Source of the DNA: Macrostomum lignano
Lineage: Eukaryota
NCBI GenBank assembly: GCA_002269645.1
Contig: NIVC01002997.1
Location: forward strand, 62,001-126,000
Direction of reading: 5' to 3'
DNA length: 64,000 bases
In this document: positions 28,767 to 42,080 of the stretch, in pieces
How positions within the stretch are numbered: the first letter of the stretch is position 1
Layout: every line of letters begins with the position of its first letter
Position numbers and translations under genes: made by a program
The notes under the pieces: generated by a model
The model's database searches: none
Told to the model about the DNA's origin: nothing
Seen by the model: only the letters and a program-made list of their open reading frames with translations

Positions 28767-31700
28767 TCAGCGACTGATTTCGGACGCCAGTTTGGCTGGC
28801 CGCGGCCCGGCCGGTTTGCTGTTTGCTGCCATCTGCTTTTGGCGCAGCAGCTCGGCCAGCTCGTCCCTGTTAGCCAGCAGCTTTTGCCAGTACTCAGGCC
28901 TGTTCTCCCAGAAGTCCCGGCAACGGCAGTGCCACTCCCAGAAGCAGTGCTGCTCGCCCTCGGGGAAGTAATAGTACACTGGCCGGCCGGTCTCCGTGCG
29001 CTGCTCTTTGCGCTCAATGTTGGCCTGAAAGAAGTCTTCGACCTGCTTCTTAGTTACCCTGGTTAGTAGGGTCGAATTAATGCTGCTGGCGTACATTGAC
29101 AGGTCGAATATGCTAAGGAGGTGCTTCCGAATGCCGATGTAGTTGACATCTGCGAAGTCCAGCTTCCTCTCGGTAAAGCTACAGTAGATCGGGTCGCCCA
29201 TCTTGGCCAAGTCCACCATCAGCTCCTGCATCTGGGTGCCGCCGTCGCCCCATTTGTCGTTGCGTTCGTCAAAGAAGTCTTTGAACTTGTCGATCTCCTG
29301 TTCGATGTCGTCTTTCATGCGCATCACTTTTCGGCCGCTCATCTTCTTGAGGTACATCCACAGGAACTGCTTCTCCTCGTACAGCACCTGATCTCCGGTT
29401 TTCGTCAGTATGTCCTCTTCGCCGCGATCTTTCAGCTCCTGCAGTTTCATTACCTGCTTGTCGAACATACCGTCCCATGGAAAATGATTCTTGAGCAGTC
29501 GCAACAGTACGTAGCAGGCCGATTCAATCTCGCACAGTGGCGTCCGGCAGGCCATCTGGTGATTGGAGCGCGGTGCCCAGCGCCGATTTCCCATCGGAGG
29601 CACCGCGGCTGTGGTGCCCCAGGCCTCCTTGTACTTTGTCACCAGGCCATAGTCAATCAAGAAAATGGTATTGATGTTCTCGCCCCTGCCCGACATGAGC
29701 TGGTCGCATTTCAGGTCGTTGTGCGACAGCCCGATCGATGGCTCTTGCAGGCATTGAAGACGCGAGATGAACTGATCGCCGATCAGAAATACAGTTCTGG
29801 TGCATGGGATGTTATGGCAGGGCAAATGAGAGCTGCAGTTATAACATTCCTAAGTTTATTGCAAGTAATAATGAAAGTAAAAGTGGAGTACAGAGTGAGG
29901 AGCGGATACAAATATGACGTATTTTTTTATTAGCAGCAGGGGGGTTGTGTGCACCCTGGCGCACTTTAAGCGACACAGGCACACAACCGGCGAGAGGCAT
30001 TGCTGCCCATTCCGCCGACTCCCCTGAGCAGGCATACAAGCGCGCGGATACGTACGCAGGCACACACTCACACAGTAGTGTACAGTGGCCCTAACTTTAT
30101 ATTATCGTTAGGCATGTACACTTCACTGCGCCTTGGGGGTTGGCTCTCAAGGCCGTTAATTGCACGAGCAGAGCCAAGCCGAGATTCCAATTCAGCCCCA
30201 AATTAATGTGACTGCACTTGGAATCGAGCCTGGGTCGCTGGCACACCAGAGCAGCTGCGCTACCGCTGGGCTACGGCCCCCCAAATATGACGTAAACAAT
30301 AATGTGAAGCGGAGAAAGCGAAGTAAAATATTTGCTAAGCTACTAAAAGTAGAAATGAGAACATGCTAAAATATCTGACACTTTCACTTCTGCTATGACT
30401 TGACAGAAGGTCAAATCGGAGCTTTTAAATTGCTTTAAAGTGATTTATTGAAAACCATCGCTTTTCATATTTGTTGTCACTTTCATTGCCAGAAAATCAG
30501 TGGCATTGGGGGAGGGGGCCGTAGCCCAGTGGTCCCAGCGCGGCGCTCTGATGTGCCAGCGGCCCAGGCTCGATTCCAAGTGCAGTCGCATTAATTTTGG
30601 GGTTAAATTAGAATATCGGCTTGGCTCTGCTCGTGCAAATTAAGCGCCCTTGAGGGCCAACCCCCAAGGCACAGTGAAGTGTACATGCCTAACGATAAAT
30701 AAAGTTAGGACCGCTGTACACTGTGAGTGTTTGCCTGTGCGTATGACTGCGTACGTATCCGCGCGCTTGTGTGCCTGCTCAGGGGAGTCGGCGGAATGGG
30801 CAGTAATGCCTCTCCGTTGGTTGTGTGACAATGTCGCTTAAAGGGCGCCAGGGTGCACAAAGCTTCCATTGCCTCTAGCTAAACCAGTGGCATTGCGATG
30901 GTTTTTCAAGCTTAGCTTTCCAATGAAATGAACAAAATATATACGAGACTCAATTAAAAAGAACTGTATCTTGTATATGCACTAGCATAGGGCGACGCAC
31001 CTAGTCGACAGTCGCTGATCATTCTGCCGGCAATTGTGACTGCACACCTCCAGCATGTCTTCCAAGTCTGGGCCGCACAATTCCAGCAGTAAAAAGTGGA
31101 AGCCAAAGTGCTTCGTCCGTGTCGAGCCCTTGAAAGAAGTGAAGGAATAGTCGCCCAGTCGGCCGAACGCGTACGGCTTGGTGAAGCCGCGGGTATCTTT
31201 GAAGCCGAACCTGATAAGTTCAAGCGATTGCGCTGCTGTGACAATAATTTCTGTTGTAAGACTTAAAGAAGCAAATACATTTTTTAAAGCAGGGTTGAAT
31301 GAGTACTTTGAATATTTGCATCGAATATCACGCTCTTTGAAGGTATTAAGGCATTGATATGTGTGTGGCGCCAAATCTTACACTCAATACCGGTATCGAC
31401 TTAAAAAACTATGACTACTTAGCTTTGGTGCTAAAAACCACTCTTGTCACTCAACACTGTACCATTTTTGTCACTCAACACTGCATAACTCTTGTCACTC
31501 AACACTGCACCACTCTTGTCACTCACTCAACACTGCATAACTCTTGTCACTCAATACTGCACCACTCTTGTCACTCAATACTGCGCCACTCTTGTCACTC
31601 AACACTGAACCAATCTTGTCACTCAACACTGCACCACTCTTGTCACTCACTCAACACTGCATAACTCTTGTCACTCAATACTGCACCACTCTTGTCACTC

Positions 31701-34700
31701 AATACTGCGCCACTCTTGTCACTCAACACTGAACCGATCTTGTCACTCAACACTGCACCACTCTTGTCACTCAACGCTGCACCACTCTTGTCACTCAACA
31801 CTGCACCACTCTTGTCACTCAACACTGCACCACTCTTGTCACTCAACACTGCACCACTCTTGTCACTCAACACTGCACCACTCTTGTCACTTAACACTGC
31901 GCCACTCTTGTCACTCAACACTGCACCACTCTTGTCACTCAACACTGCACCACTCTAAGGCACTAAATACTGCACCACTCTTGTCACTCAACACTGCACC
32001 ACTCTAAGGCACTAAATACTGCACCACTCTTGTCACTCAACACTGCGCCACTCTTGTCACTCAACACTGCACCACTCTTGTCACTCAACACTGCACCACT
32101 CTAAGGCACTAAATACTGCACCACTCTTGTCACTCAACACTGCGCCACTCTTGTCACTCAACACTGCACCACTCTAAGGCACTAAATACTGCACCACTCT
32201 TGTCACTCAACACTGCACCACTCTAAGGCACTAAATACTGCACCACTCTTGTCACTCAACACTGCACCACTCTTGTCACTCAACACTGCGCCACTCTTGT
32301 CACTCAACACTGCACCACTCTTGTCACTCAACACTGCGCCACTCTTGTCACTCAACACTGCGCCACTCTTGTCACTCAACACTGCACCACTCTAAGGCAC
32401 TAAATACTGCACCACTCTTGTCACTCAACACTGCACCACTCTTGTCACTCAACACTGCACCACTCTTGTCACTCAACACTGCATAACTCTTGTCACTCAA
32501 TATTGCACCACTCTTGTCACTCAACACTGCCCCACTCTTGTCACTCAACACTGCATAACTCTGGTCACTCAATTGCACCACTCTTGTCACTCAACACTGC
32601 ACCACCCTATCAATCTCCAGAGCTACATTAAGTATTGTCCTAGATATGCATTCCAAATGAAAATAATGACAGAAACGCTCAAATTACATACCGTTTAAAA
32701 ATTGAGCACTGTATCTTGTATATGCACTAGCATAGGGCGACGCACCTAGTCGACAGTCGCTGATCATTCTGCCGGCAATTGTGACTGCACACCTCCAGCA
32801 TGTCTTCCAAGTCTGGCCGCACAATTCCAGCAGTAAAAAGTGGAAGCCAAAGTGCTTCGTCCGTGTCGAGCCCTTGAAAGAAGTGAAGGAATAGTCGCCC
32901 AGTCGGCCGAACGCGTACGGCTTGGTGAAGCCGCGGGTATCTTTGAAGCCGAACCTGATAAGTTCAAGCGATTGCGCTGCTGTGACAATAATTTCTGTTG
33001 TAAGACTTAAAGAAGCAAATACATTTTTTAAAGCAGGGTTGAATGAGTACTTTGAATATTTGCATCGAATATCACGCTCTTTGAAGGTATTAAGGCATTG
33101 ATATGTGTGTGGCGCCAACACTGAAGCCGATCTTGTCACTCAACACTGCTTGCACCAACTCTTGTCACTCAGCTGCACCACTCTTGTCACTCAACACTGC
33201 ACCACTCTTGTCACTCAACACTGCACCACTCTTGTCACTCAACACTGCACCACTCTTGTCACTCAACACTGCACCATCTTGTCACTTAACACTGCGCCAC
33301 TCTTGTCACTCAACACTGCACCACTCTTGTCACTCAACACTGCACCACTCTAAGGCACTAAATACTGCACCACTCTTGTCACTCAACACTGCACCACTCT
33401 AAGGCACTAAATACTGCACCACTCTTGTCACTCAACACTGCGCCACTCTTGTCACTCAACTGCACCACTCTTGTCACTCAACACTGCACCACTCTAAGGC
33501 ACTAAATACTGCACCACTCTTGTCACTCAACACTGCGCCACTCTTGTCACTCAACACTGCACCACTCTAAGGCACTAAATACTGCACCACTCTTGTCACT
33601 CAACACTGCACCACTCTAAGGCACTAAATACTGCACCACTCTTGTCACTCAACACTGCACCACTCTTGTCACTCAACACTGCGCCACTCTTGTCACTCAA
33701 CACTGCACCACTCTTGTCACTCAACACTGCGCCACTCTTGTCACTCAACACTGCGCCACTCTTGTCACTCAACACTGCACCACTCTAAGGCACTAAATAC
33801 TGCACCACTCTTGTCACTCAACACTGCACCACTCTTGTCACTCAACACTGCACCACTCTTGTCACTCAACACTGCATAACTCTTGTCACTCAATATTGCA
33901 CCACTCTTGTCACTCAACACTGCCCCACTCTTGTCACTCAACACTGCATAACTCTGGTCACTCAATATTGCACCACTCTTGTCACTCAACACTGCCACCA
34001 CCCTATCAATCTCCAGAGCTACATTAAGTATTGTCCTAGATATGCATTCCAAATGAAAATAATGACAGAAACGCTCAAATTACATACCGTTTAAAATTGA
34101 GCAAAGCGTGTTATACTCTTTAAAGAGAGTGAAATTCTCAGTGATGGCATCTGGTAGACTCTTCGGATTCACTGGAAAGTTCTCAAGTTGAAAGTTGAAA
34201 GCTGTCTCGCATTTCAAAGCCACTGTGGAGCTCCGTTTGATGGCAATCTCGGATCGGTTCGGGAAGCGAATCGGTGTCACTTTATTCAGGTAGTCGTGCT
34301 TCTCTTCCTTAGTCAGTGCTGTCGTGATGGCCTCCAGCTCGCCATATGTGATATCCTTCAAAATCAAGCCAAGGATAGACAAGCAGATACATGTGTTGAA
34401 TAAGTACACGCAGATTCGTAAATTATCCACTTTAAAAATCTCCCGGCGGTAAAATTTCAATTTCCCCAATTGTCCATGTGGATTGGCTTTAAATTACGTA
34501 AACATGAATTTCCGAATTTAACAAGTTCAAGAAGACTTGATGGTACAAATCCTTTCTTGTACTACGAGATTTAAAATAGAACAGCTGCTCCATGGTAACC
34601 TACCTTCTTGGCAAGAATTTGAAACACCTGACCGAACGCGCCGGCCCCAACAAGGGCAACGGAGTCTGTATGAAAGTGCGACCTCAGCAGAACATCCTTC

Positions 34701-34825
34701 ATCAACTCGTGGCAATAGAACTCTGTGAGTCTCTGACGCACAACGTCCTCTTTTTTGTCCGCATTGATGATGCGCTTTCTCAGACTCTTCTTCGTTGTCT
34801 GTGACACGCCCACGCCAGAGGACAT
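28767..34825 (-). CDS. Divergent casein kinase 1 (CK1/TTBK)-like Ser/Thr kinase, 4 exons, about 573 aa
   Basis: Exon 1 is 34825-34604 (aacaaaATG; GAGAFG loop; donor GTAGGT). Exon 2 is 34355-34088 (EIAIK, FKEY; donor GTATGT). Exon 3 is 31196-31048 (DTRGFTKPYAFG...LELCGPDLEDML). Exon 4 is 29849-28767 (TVFLIGDQFISRL, HNDLKCDQ, IFLIDYGL, EIESACYVL..FPW). All junctions are phase-compatible. Confidence 0.8.
29922..30282 (-). mobile_element. tRNA-derived SINE (family B), full length, with A-rich tail and 12 bp TSD
   Basis: Head GGGGGCCGTAGCCCAGCGG...GGCTCGATTCC and tail AATAAAAAAA. Flanked by AAATATGACGTA at 29910-29921 and 30283-30294. Confidence 0.88.
30509..30884 (+). mobile_element. tRNA-derived SINE (family B), second copy in opposite orientation
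   Basis: Reverse-complement homolog of 29922-30282. Flanked by the direct repeat CAGTGGCATTG at 30498-30508 and 30885-30895 (candidate TSD). Confidence 0.82.
31440..32604. repeat. 24 bp minisatellite (CTCTTGTCACTCAACACTGCACCA), copy 1
   Basis: Visible tandem units with a 25 bp CTCTAAGGCACTAAATACTGCACCA variant. Confidence 0.96.
32793..32940 (-). pseudogene. Duplicate of kinase exon 3 with a 1 bp deletion (148 vs 149 nt)
   Basis: GTCTGGCCGC (GG at 32815-16) versus GTCTGGGCCGC in the intact copy. The frame changes from CGPDLEDML to CGQTWKTC. Confidence 0.6.
33130..34000. repeat. 24 bp minisatellite, copy 2
   Basis: Same unit and variant as 31440-32604. Confidence 0.96.
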
Positions 34826-35603
34826 TTTGTTTACAAGAGAAACATTAGCAACCTCGCAGAAAGTGGATAGGTATTTACAATCTAACGTTTTGTTGTCCCA
34901 AGAAATCGTCAGTAATATGCCCTCTAATTTTGTTTATGGCATTTGTTATCAAGCATAGATTTTTAGTAACATTGAAAATTCATTAAGTTTACAAAACACC
35001 TATCAAGGAAAATCAATTTTGCTTCTGCCATCTGGTCTCTAATTGCTTGAAAAAATTCTTACTAGCTTGAAAATACGAGCATTGATTGTCGATGAAATTT
35101 TAAGTGAGTAAGGCTCTGATATTTCCAAATAAGTTGAGAGAAGCATCGGAGAAGCCACACAATCATCAATATTCTGGACCAGTAGCTCCAAAACTTCCCA
35201 GCAATATATATTGGTAAAAAAATTGAGATGATTTTTCAGTATTTATTAAGTACACAAGAAGAATATTTGAACATAATTGACACAAAAATGTAACATGCAA
35301 ACGGTGCAGACCTATGCTCATATTTTCAATTCGGAAAACACAGGCATGAAACTTCTTTACGGCACTAATAGTGATTTTGTGCTTATTTCGCGAATCACAG
35401 ACACCTGCAGCTTCCAGTGTTAACTCTGATACAAAATAACGCTTTGCTATATCATCTGTAAAAAATTAAACTGGAGTACAACTTTCTGGCGACAAATTTC
35501 TGAATAAATATTTTGAATAAGAATGCTTGAATATTTCATTTCACTTAACACGCAATTGCTCAAGGGTGTCAGGTGTCAAAGCTCTAGTGTAATTTCCATT
35601 AAA

Positions 35604-37524
35604 TCAAACAGTCTCATCCACAGTCGCGTGCCGAGGCAAGAACCTTTTAACAGCCCTGGCCTGCATTCCCACAGTCAAGTGGCAGTCGATCATGCTGAAA
35701 TGAATGGACAAGTTGTTGTCCGCGTAAAACTGCACCATCTTGTCCAGATCGTCGAACCAGCAGATTTTGTTGCCAAGAGCTACTTTGCCACCTTCCTCTT
35801 CGATGCTGATGTGCTCAAACTTGCCGTTGCCAGTGTGCAGTGAAAGCACCTTGCAGCCTAATTTGCCATCGCGGATCAGGTAAGCGCCGGGTTGCGTGTT
35901 CGACAAAATTTCGTGGGCCCTTTGTCTCGTGACGTTTTTGTGATAAGCTGCAACTGCCAAATGTTGAGTGGGTAGCGCGGGAGCGGTGCCACGCCTGGCT
36001 GCACCCACAAGCTGAAAACAGTGAATATGAACTGTTTGGCTGCAATGAGAACAGCTGTAGCCTTGCATTACTGAGCTCGGCAGGGGCTGGTAGCACTTGG
36101 TGCATTTGGTCCCCTCGGGAATCGTTATGAGCTGGAAACGGTGACCGTTGGAGTTCCAACCGTTCGGTAAGTTCAATGATTTTGTCTCGTCTAAAAGCTT
36201 CTTCCACAAGCTCAATAGATCCTTGCTTCGCTTTAAACACTCCAGAGTCACCCTATCGCCATCATTTTGAATCAGTTCAAGCGCAAAGGTCTTCTCGCAC
36301 TTCCTGACCTCCATAATGGTGTCAACAGGAATGTTGAAGGCGTAAGTAGATTGACCATCCTTCCTCGGTGGCTTGTTAGCCACAATCAGCTGTTTTGTTG
36401 TAAGAATACAAGCGCATATTATGCTCTCTACCTTGCCACTCTTCACCGTTTTCACCTTGAAGGAATCATTTCCCAGGTGCAGTCCAATAAGCGTTGGATT
36501 TCCAAGATCGGTTGGTAGCTGCTGGATCTGTCTCAAAATTTCCTTTGTAGCAGCGAGTTGCTCAGCTTGTTTTTTGTACTCATTAGTTTTATCCAGAAAA
36601 TCCTGCATTGCTGCAACAATCTCACCTACGCATGGCGCGGCGTCGGGAATGTCTTTTTCTGCAGCCTTCTGCAGCCGCTCAAAGAGCATTAGGTAGCTCG
36701 TTGTTTGACGGATCGGAGCCTCAAACAGAGCACGAAAGCCCAGACCAGTACAGCCGTTGTTGAAGTGTCTCTCAAGCAATTTGAGTTGGATCTGTAGCGA
36801 AGGGGTTTTCCCATCTTTCATTATTTCTTCAGCAGTCGGCAAGCTGAAGTAGACTTCTAGCTTAGGAGCCAACTTTGTAAAGGTCAGGGAGCTGCATGCA
36901 AACTGCTCATGGTCGGCAAGGGCGCTGAGCTTCAACTCTTTGTGAACCAGGTACAGCTTCTGTGCCGAAACACGACAGAACTCCTCGCTCCACTCTGACA
37001 AGTCCGAGCAGCTCTTGCCGATACAGAAGCAGCTTGGTGAGCTTGTCTACGAGAGCCTTCTCGTGGTCGCAGATCTCCTTGATGATTTTGTCCATCATTC
37101 CTCCACCGACGCTGATGTTTGACTGTCGCTTCGGCTTTGGAACAACTTGACCAGACTTGCTGACGAGTTTATGAATCGAACTCACCACCTTTTCAGGATT
37201 GCTCATCGTGAGCAGATCGTCCGGCTCGAACAGCTCGTCTTCGCGCATTCCAAACTCTTCTTGGCACTTTTCAACAAAAAAATTCAGATTTCTTTTAGCT
37301 ATAATCGGGGAATTGATGGCGCAGCACGTTTCATTACCACTGGAGATGCGGCCTTCGCTCAGCTGTGTGAGCACTGTGCAAAGTATCTCACCATTGCTCA
37401 GTAGCTGACAAAGATCTTGATCACTTGAGCAGTCTGAAGCAAATTCTGGATTAGAAAGCAATTGCTGGAGTGCTTGAATGCATTCCCCTCTTATTTTATC
37501 GCCGGTGGTCAAATAGTTGTCCAT
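35604..37524 (-). CDS. Vav-like RhoGEF (CH-DH-PH-C1-SH2, no SH3), single-exon, copy 1; frameshifted and deletion-rich in the DH domain as assembled
   Basis: CH (NGEILCTVL...NLNFFVEKC.EEFG..EDELFEPDDL), DH (EICDHEKALV...PIRQ...LFERLQK), C1 (HRFQL...CTKC...GYSCSHC..VHIHC) and SH2 (VTRQRAHEIL...GAYLIRDG...FDDLDKMVQFY). Two overlapping ORFs join near 37000. It may be a pseudogene. Confidence 0.78.
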
Positions 37525-40304
37525 AGAACTGGCTTCTTTGAAGATCGTTCTGTGTTGCTTTTGCTAAACGAAAAGAACTGCTTCTTTGCTTTTTCGCTCT
37601 TGTTTTGATGGCTGCTCAGAGATTCAATTTAAAGCGATGCTATTGTGCTCCACTAGTACCTCGGGTCTTGGGTAAAAACTCAAGCGCAACATCAGTTTTT
37701 AAGGCGTACGAGCGTACGTGTCTCAATGTACAGTTCTGTTCACTGGCGTGCGTACTTTCTTGCCCACCCCTAACAGGACTCCGAATATGCACATTGCTAA
37801 CTCAAAGGAAGCCTCCATCCTGAAGGCTACAGTGCTGTACCTCGAAAACGACGAAAACTTTACCTCCTGCATTATAGAGTTGTTTGTGAGATATTACATC
37901 CAGACCACATACGCATGTAGGTTCAGAGGGTCAGAATTTCATTAATTAAAGTTTTTCTTAGCAGTTTCGTCAGGTTAGCTCCATAATCTAGAACATATAT
38001 GTTTTAGTTCGAGAAAGTTGTACGATATTAATCTCTTTTAATGAAATGATACTTGAAAGCGAAATCATTTTACTACTTTTGTTAAATAGATGGCAAACAA
38101 TCAGTTTCTGTCAAAACAGTTGCCTAAATTTAAGGCAACTGTTTAAATTTACCTTTCAATGTTATTTAAAATCTCTGTTTCGGGTACGTGTTCTTGAGTC
38201 ATAGGCAGGTCAATGTACAATATTTTATTGCAGATTATAGTCAGTTCGGCTTATAGCTGCGACGGTTGGATTGTGTCCCGTCAAACCCTCGATGGGAAAA
38301 ACCTCTGTTGAAGAGCGATCTGGGACTGTCTCTTTCGCGCGTACGACGGGCGTACGACGATCCAATCTCAAGTAGGCCCAAGCCCACAAAAAACCGAGCA
38401 AGAAACAGCTTAAGCCAACTGCCGCTTTGCCTCCACGCAACAGTTGAGGGACCTAGCAATATGGTCAAGGAACGGTCGAACAAAATGAGGTGTCAGGGGT
38501 CCGATTAAATAGACGACCGGGCTGAGGTCATGATTGGTTAAAGTGAGCAACAAATAGAGGGTGAGGCGGCATGTGACTTGAGCCAAAAGTTCACAGTCAA
38601 TCAAGAGACCAACATCGCAGGGCACAAATAACTGAGGATGTATGCACTAGTTTCAATCCAAGTTGACGACGCCGCGCGCAGGCTAGGGAGACAAATAATA
38701 TAAATATTGACGCAGCAAGAATATAAATACAATAGTTAATAATTATTAAATACTACGCCTCTACACAAAAACATGGAGACTCAACTCACTACAGTAAATA
38801 AATAAGCATTTGATGGAGGGCTGCAGGCAAGCTGGCGATATCGCCCTACCAGCGCTGAAGGCAGTTCTGTCCATTTCGCTGACTCCTGAGAACAAAACAA
38901 CCGTGCCACGAACTCATCCACACGCTCACGGGGCAGGTGTACGGTACAGCGGCCTCTCTGTGCCTTGGGATTGGCCCTCATGACTGTGAATCGAACTACA
39001 ACCTTCAGTGGTTAAAATGAAGCTCACAAGCTTCAAGTGAATATGTCCGGGCACGGATTTGAACTCGAGTCGTGTGCAAGAATCAGACGCGTTTACTACC
39101 GCATGATGCAGCTTTTACAAAAACTCTGGGTAGTCTTGACTGAAGGTTGTGACAGATTTCACTCAACAACATGTTTAAGTTTCCACTCTGATACTGTACC
39201 AGTGATCAACATGTGGCAGCTTTAATCCAACTCAACCCGTAAATCTCCACCCTCCTCACCAGCCTAAGCCAGGGCCTTGTGACTGCATCATCCACAGTTG
39301 AGCCGAGAACCGTGGGAGTGGTTTGAATTGCGTCACTTGGGCTGAGATCTGAGAAAAGTTGACCACTGATTTCGGGGTGAAAACTCTGCCCCAACTTCGT
39401 TCAATTCAGTCCAAGTCAATCCAGATTTTTCTCGTGAAAGCTACATTGTATGTTATCAATATGTTATCTATCTGTCAACAGGATCGCGTCTTTTGACTTC
39501 TGCTGTTACTCGAACTTGCTTGTCTAATGCCCAATTTGAGGGCTTCATTAACTGAAAAGTTGTAAAATAAGCATACAGTCAGTTTCTAATCTAATTTATT
39601 GATAATGCAGTAACGACCTGATAAGGTAAATAGTACATTTACTAGAGATTTTTGGTTCTTCTCTGGTATTTGTATGACCAGAACTGGCTGTCATGGCAAC
39701 TCCAAACGAAACACAAAAATTAAACGGAACAAATGCGTCACGCTTGATATTTTACACACTTGTGAAACAGCTGGATGCAAATTTTCGCAATCAAATGCGC
39801 GATGCAATTAGGCTGGCAGTTAAAGCTTCTCTGTAGCTGGCTGTGACGCCAATTTCGTGCCCGGTGCCTCTATTGTTAGCTAGTTGAGCTCGCAGGAAAC
39901 TTGACTTTACTTGGCTTAGCTGCAGGGGCATCGTCCAGCGGCGGATGCAGCGAGTAGGCAGAAGGGACCGCTCATTTCGCTAGCCCCTGGAGTCCAAAAA
40001 CTTCCAGCGAAGGCCTGCAACCGTCGGAGAGAACCAATGGGTTAGGTCCGAGATGAGTGAGCCTGGCCCTGGTGAAAACTGGACAGTGGCAGGTAAAGTA
40101 CACAGGGTTTTCACTATCTGAGCAGCAGAAGAAGCGCACCGCTTCTCAAGGAAACAGCCATGCTGACTGCTCTGAGGGCTCTGTGATTGAGCCTTGAGGC
40201 CTCTGCGCAGGAGACGCGTCACGGGACCAAAGGAGATCCTAAGTTTACTGCTGCCACGCATGTCACAGTACTACCCACTGTCAAACCACTAAAGTGTCTA
40301 TTGT

Positions 40305-41400
40305 ACAACAACAACAACAAAAACAACAACAAATTACGCAGCCCCCCACGCAAGGTCACAGTGAGATCAGGGCACGTCAGATGGTGCGCCGCAGAGCCTG
40401 ACAGCGGACAAAGTCCGCCCCGTTGGCAGTGTCGGGCGCCCCGGCGTCGCATAGGAGGCAGTCCACGTATCGACGAGTTTGGGCCTGACTTTGCCTGAAC
40501 GGGCCCTGCAAGATGAGCAGCAGGACTTCCTGAACAGGTTAGGGGCAGTAGCCCTCGACCCGGATCACGTGGCCCGCCAGTTAAAGTCGCTACCGGCTCA
40601 GGATAATCGACAGGCGCTGCAGCTTGGCCCAATCCTACAGGGCCTCGTCCCGACGCTCTCGTCAGCTCGAAAAGCCGCACGGAGCAGCCCTGAGTGCGCC
40701 GAGTCCAGCTGCCGCTCTAGCGTAGCCGTCAGGCATTGTATAGCAGGACGGTTTCGACCACCGCCTGCCACAGCCAAGCCCTCTGGCGGTCGGGCGGCGC
40801 TTCGGACTGGAGGACGGCTCGGATCGACGGAAGGCTACCCAGACAAGTACTCTGCGCCGCCGAAGGTCTTCCTCCACGTGAGGCACCAGACCGCCGAGGT
40901 AGGTGAACCGCTGGCAACGTGCAAACTTGGTTGTCTGCCCGTCAGGCCCGCTGGGATGTCGACCTGCACAGTCAGCACCTCAGTCTTTTGCGTGTTGACA
41001 ACCATACCGACGCTAGATGCCACCTCGACCAGCCGGTCGATCTGGCACTGGGCGCCTTCGACGGACGAGGACAGGAGGGCGAGGTCGTCGGCGTGGCCAA
41101 GCAAGCTCGGGCGCTTTTTGCTGTGGCGGCGAACGATGCGTCTGCGCGGCAGGAAGCCGTCGTCAGCCGAGGGAACAGCACAATGTCCTCCGTGGTGACT
41201 GGGCTGGTGCAGAAGTCCTCATCAGCTGGGGTGTCCAGTGGGAGCGCAAAAAGGCAGGCAGCGGCGACGCGGGCGCGTCAGGATGCCGGCGAAGAAATCG
41301 CGCAATTCATTCCTGCGCTCCTCCGGGGTGTCACTGGCCAAGTTCAGCGCCACTCGCTTTTTGCGCCCGTCAGAGTCCGCAAATCCGAATGGCCAATCCA
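40305..41400 (-). mobile_element. Degenerate, internally deleted RTE-like LINE with (TTG)n tail
   Basis: RT motifs LGHADDLALL...GMVVNTQKTEVL and C-terminus LAGHVIR...RRYVDCL with in-frame stops. (TTG)n tail at 40305-40333. Confidence 0.82.
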
Positions 41401-42080
41401 TTGATAGTACACAATGCGACTTGCATGAAGTTTACAGTTAGGACAAAAAAACCAGACAGAAAAGTACTTTCACTAGTTTAGCTAGCTTTCCACTTCAGCT
41501 ATCAAGACACTGCGATGTTTGAGATCTCACATCTGCGAATGCAGCAACGGATATTCTGTCAGCTCTTCTGCAAGCATAGCTAGTTAGTAGCCTGTGAACT
41601 AAGTTATTTCAAATATATATATAGAGTGTGAAAAAATTACCAATTGACAGTGGAGTCACCACAGTGCGGCCGATAAACATTCACTCAATAATTGGTTTGG
41701 TAATTGTCTACAGTAACTTTGTCATAGATTGGTATGCAGACTGGATGCTTCGGCAAGAGTGAACAGCAACGAGATAAAACTCAAACTTTATATTTAAATT
41801 TGATAACGTTTGAATTTTTTCTGAGTATCATACAAGAACTACTATTAAAAATAAGTGGCTGATCTACTAAATAATTAAGCGCGTGACAAAAAAGACTTTT
41901 GTTGACGAAAAAACTTGAATAGAACGTGAAACAATGGTGTGAAAAACTTTCATCTAGACTGCTAGCAGAAATGTGAAGAACTTATGATATTCACGATTAA
42001 AGATTCGCTGTGTCAATAAGGCAATGGTTAGCTATACTGTTTAACTAGAATAGTTAGGGGAGTGCACGAGCACTAATAGT

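Larger units (their letters stand above)
30963..34103. repeat. Tandem segmental duplication (30963-32707 / 32708-34103) inside the kinase gene
   Basis: Exon 3, the 24 bp minisatellite, and the block ACCACCCTATCAATCTCC...AAAATTGAGCA each occur twice. Confidence 0.9.

Noticed and set aside
38225-38483. Type II membrane-protein-like N-terminus (GLSCFLLGFLWAWAYLRL)
   Set aside because: No ATG start, no downstream exon or catalytic motif found. Too weak to call.
38870-39075. Possible third tRNA-derived SINE on the minus strand (GAGTTCAAATCC B-box-like)
   Set aside because: Single degenerate copy, with no clear A box, tail or TSD.
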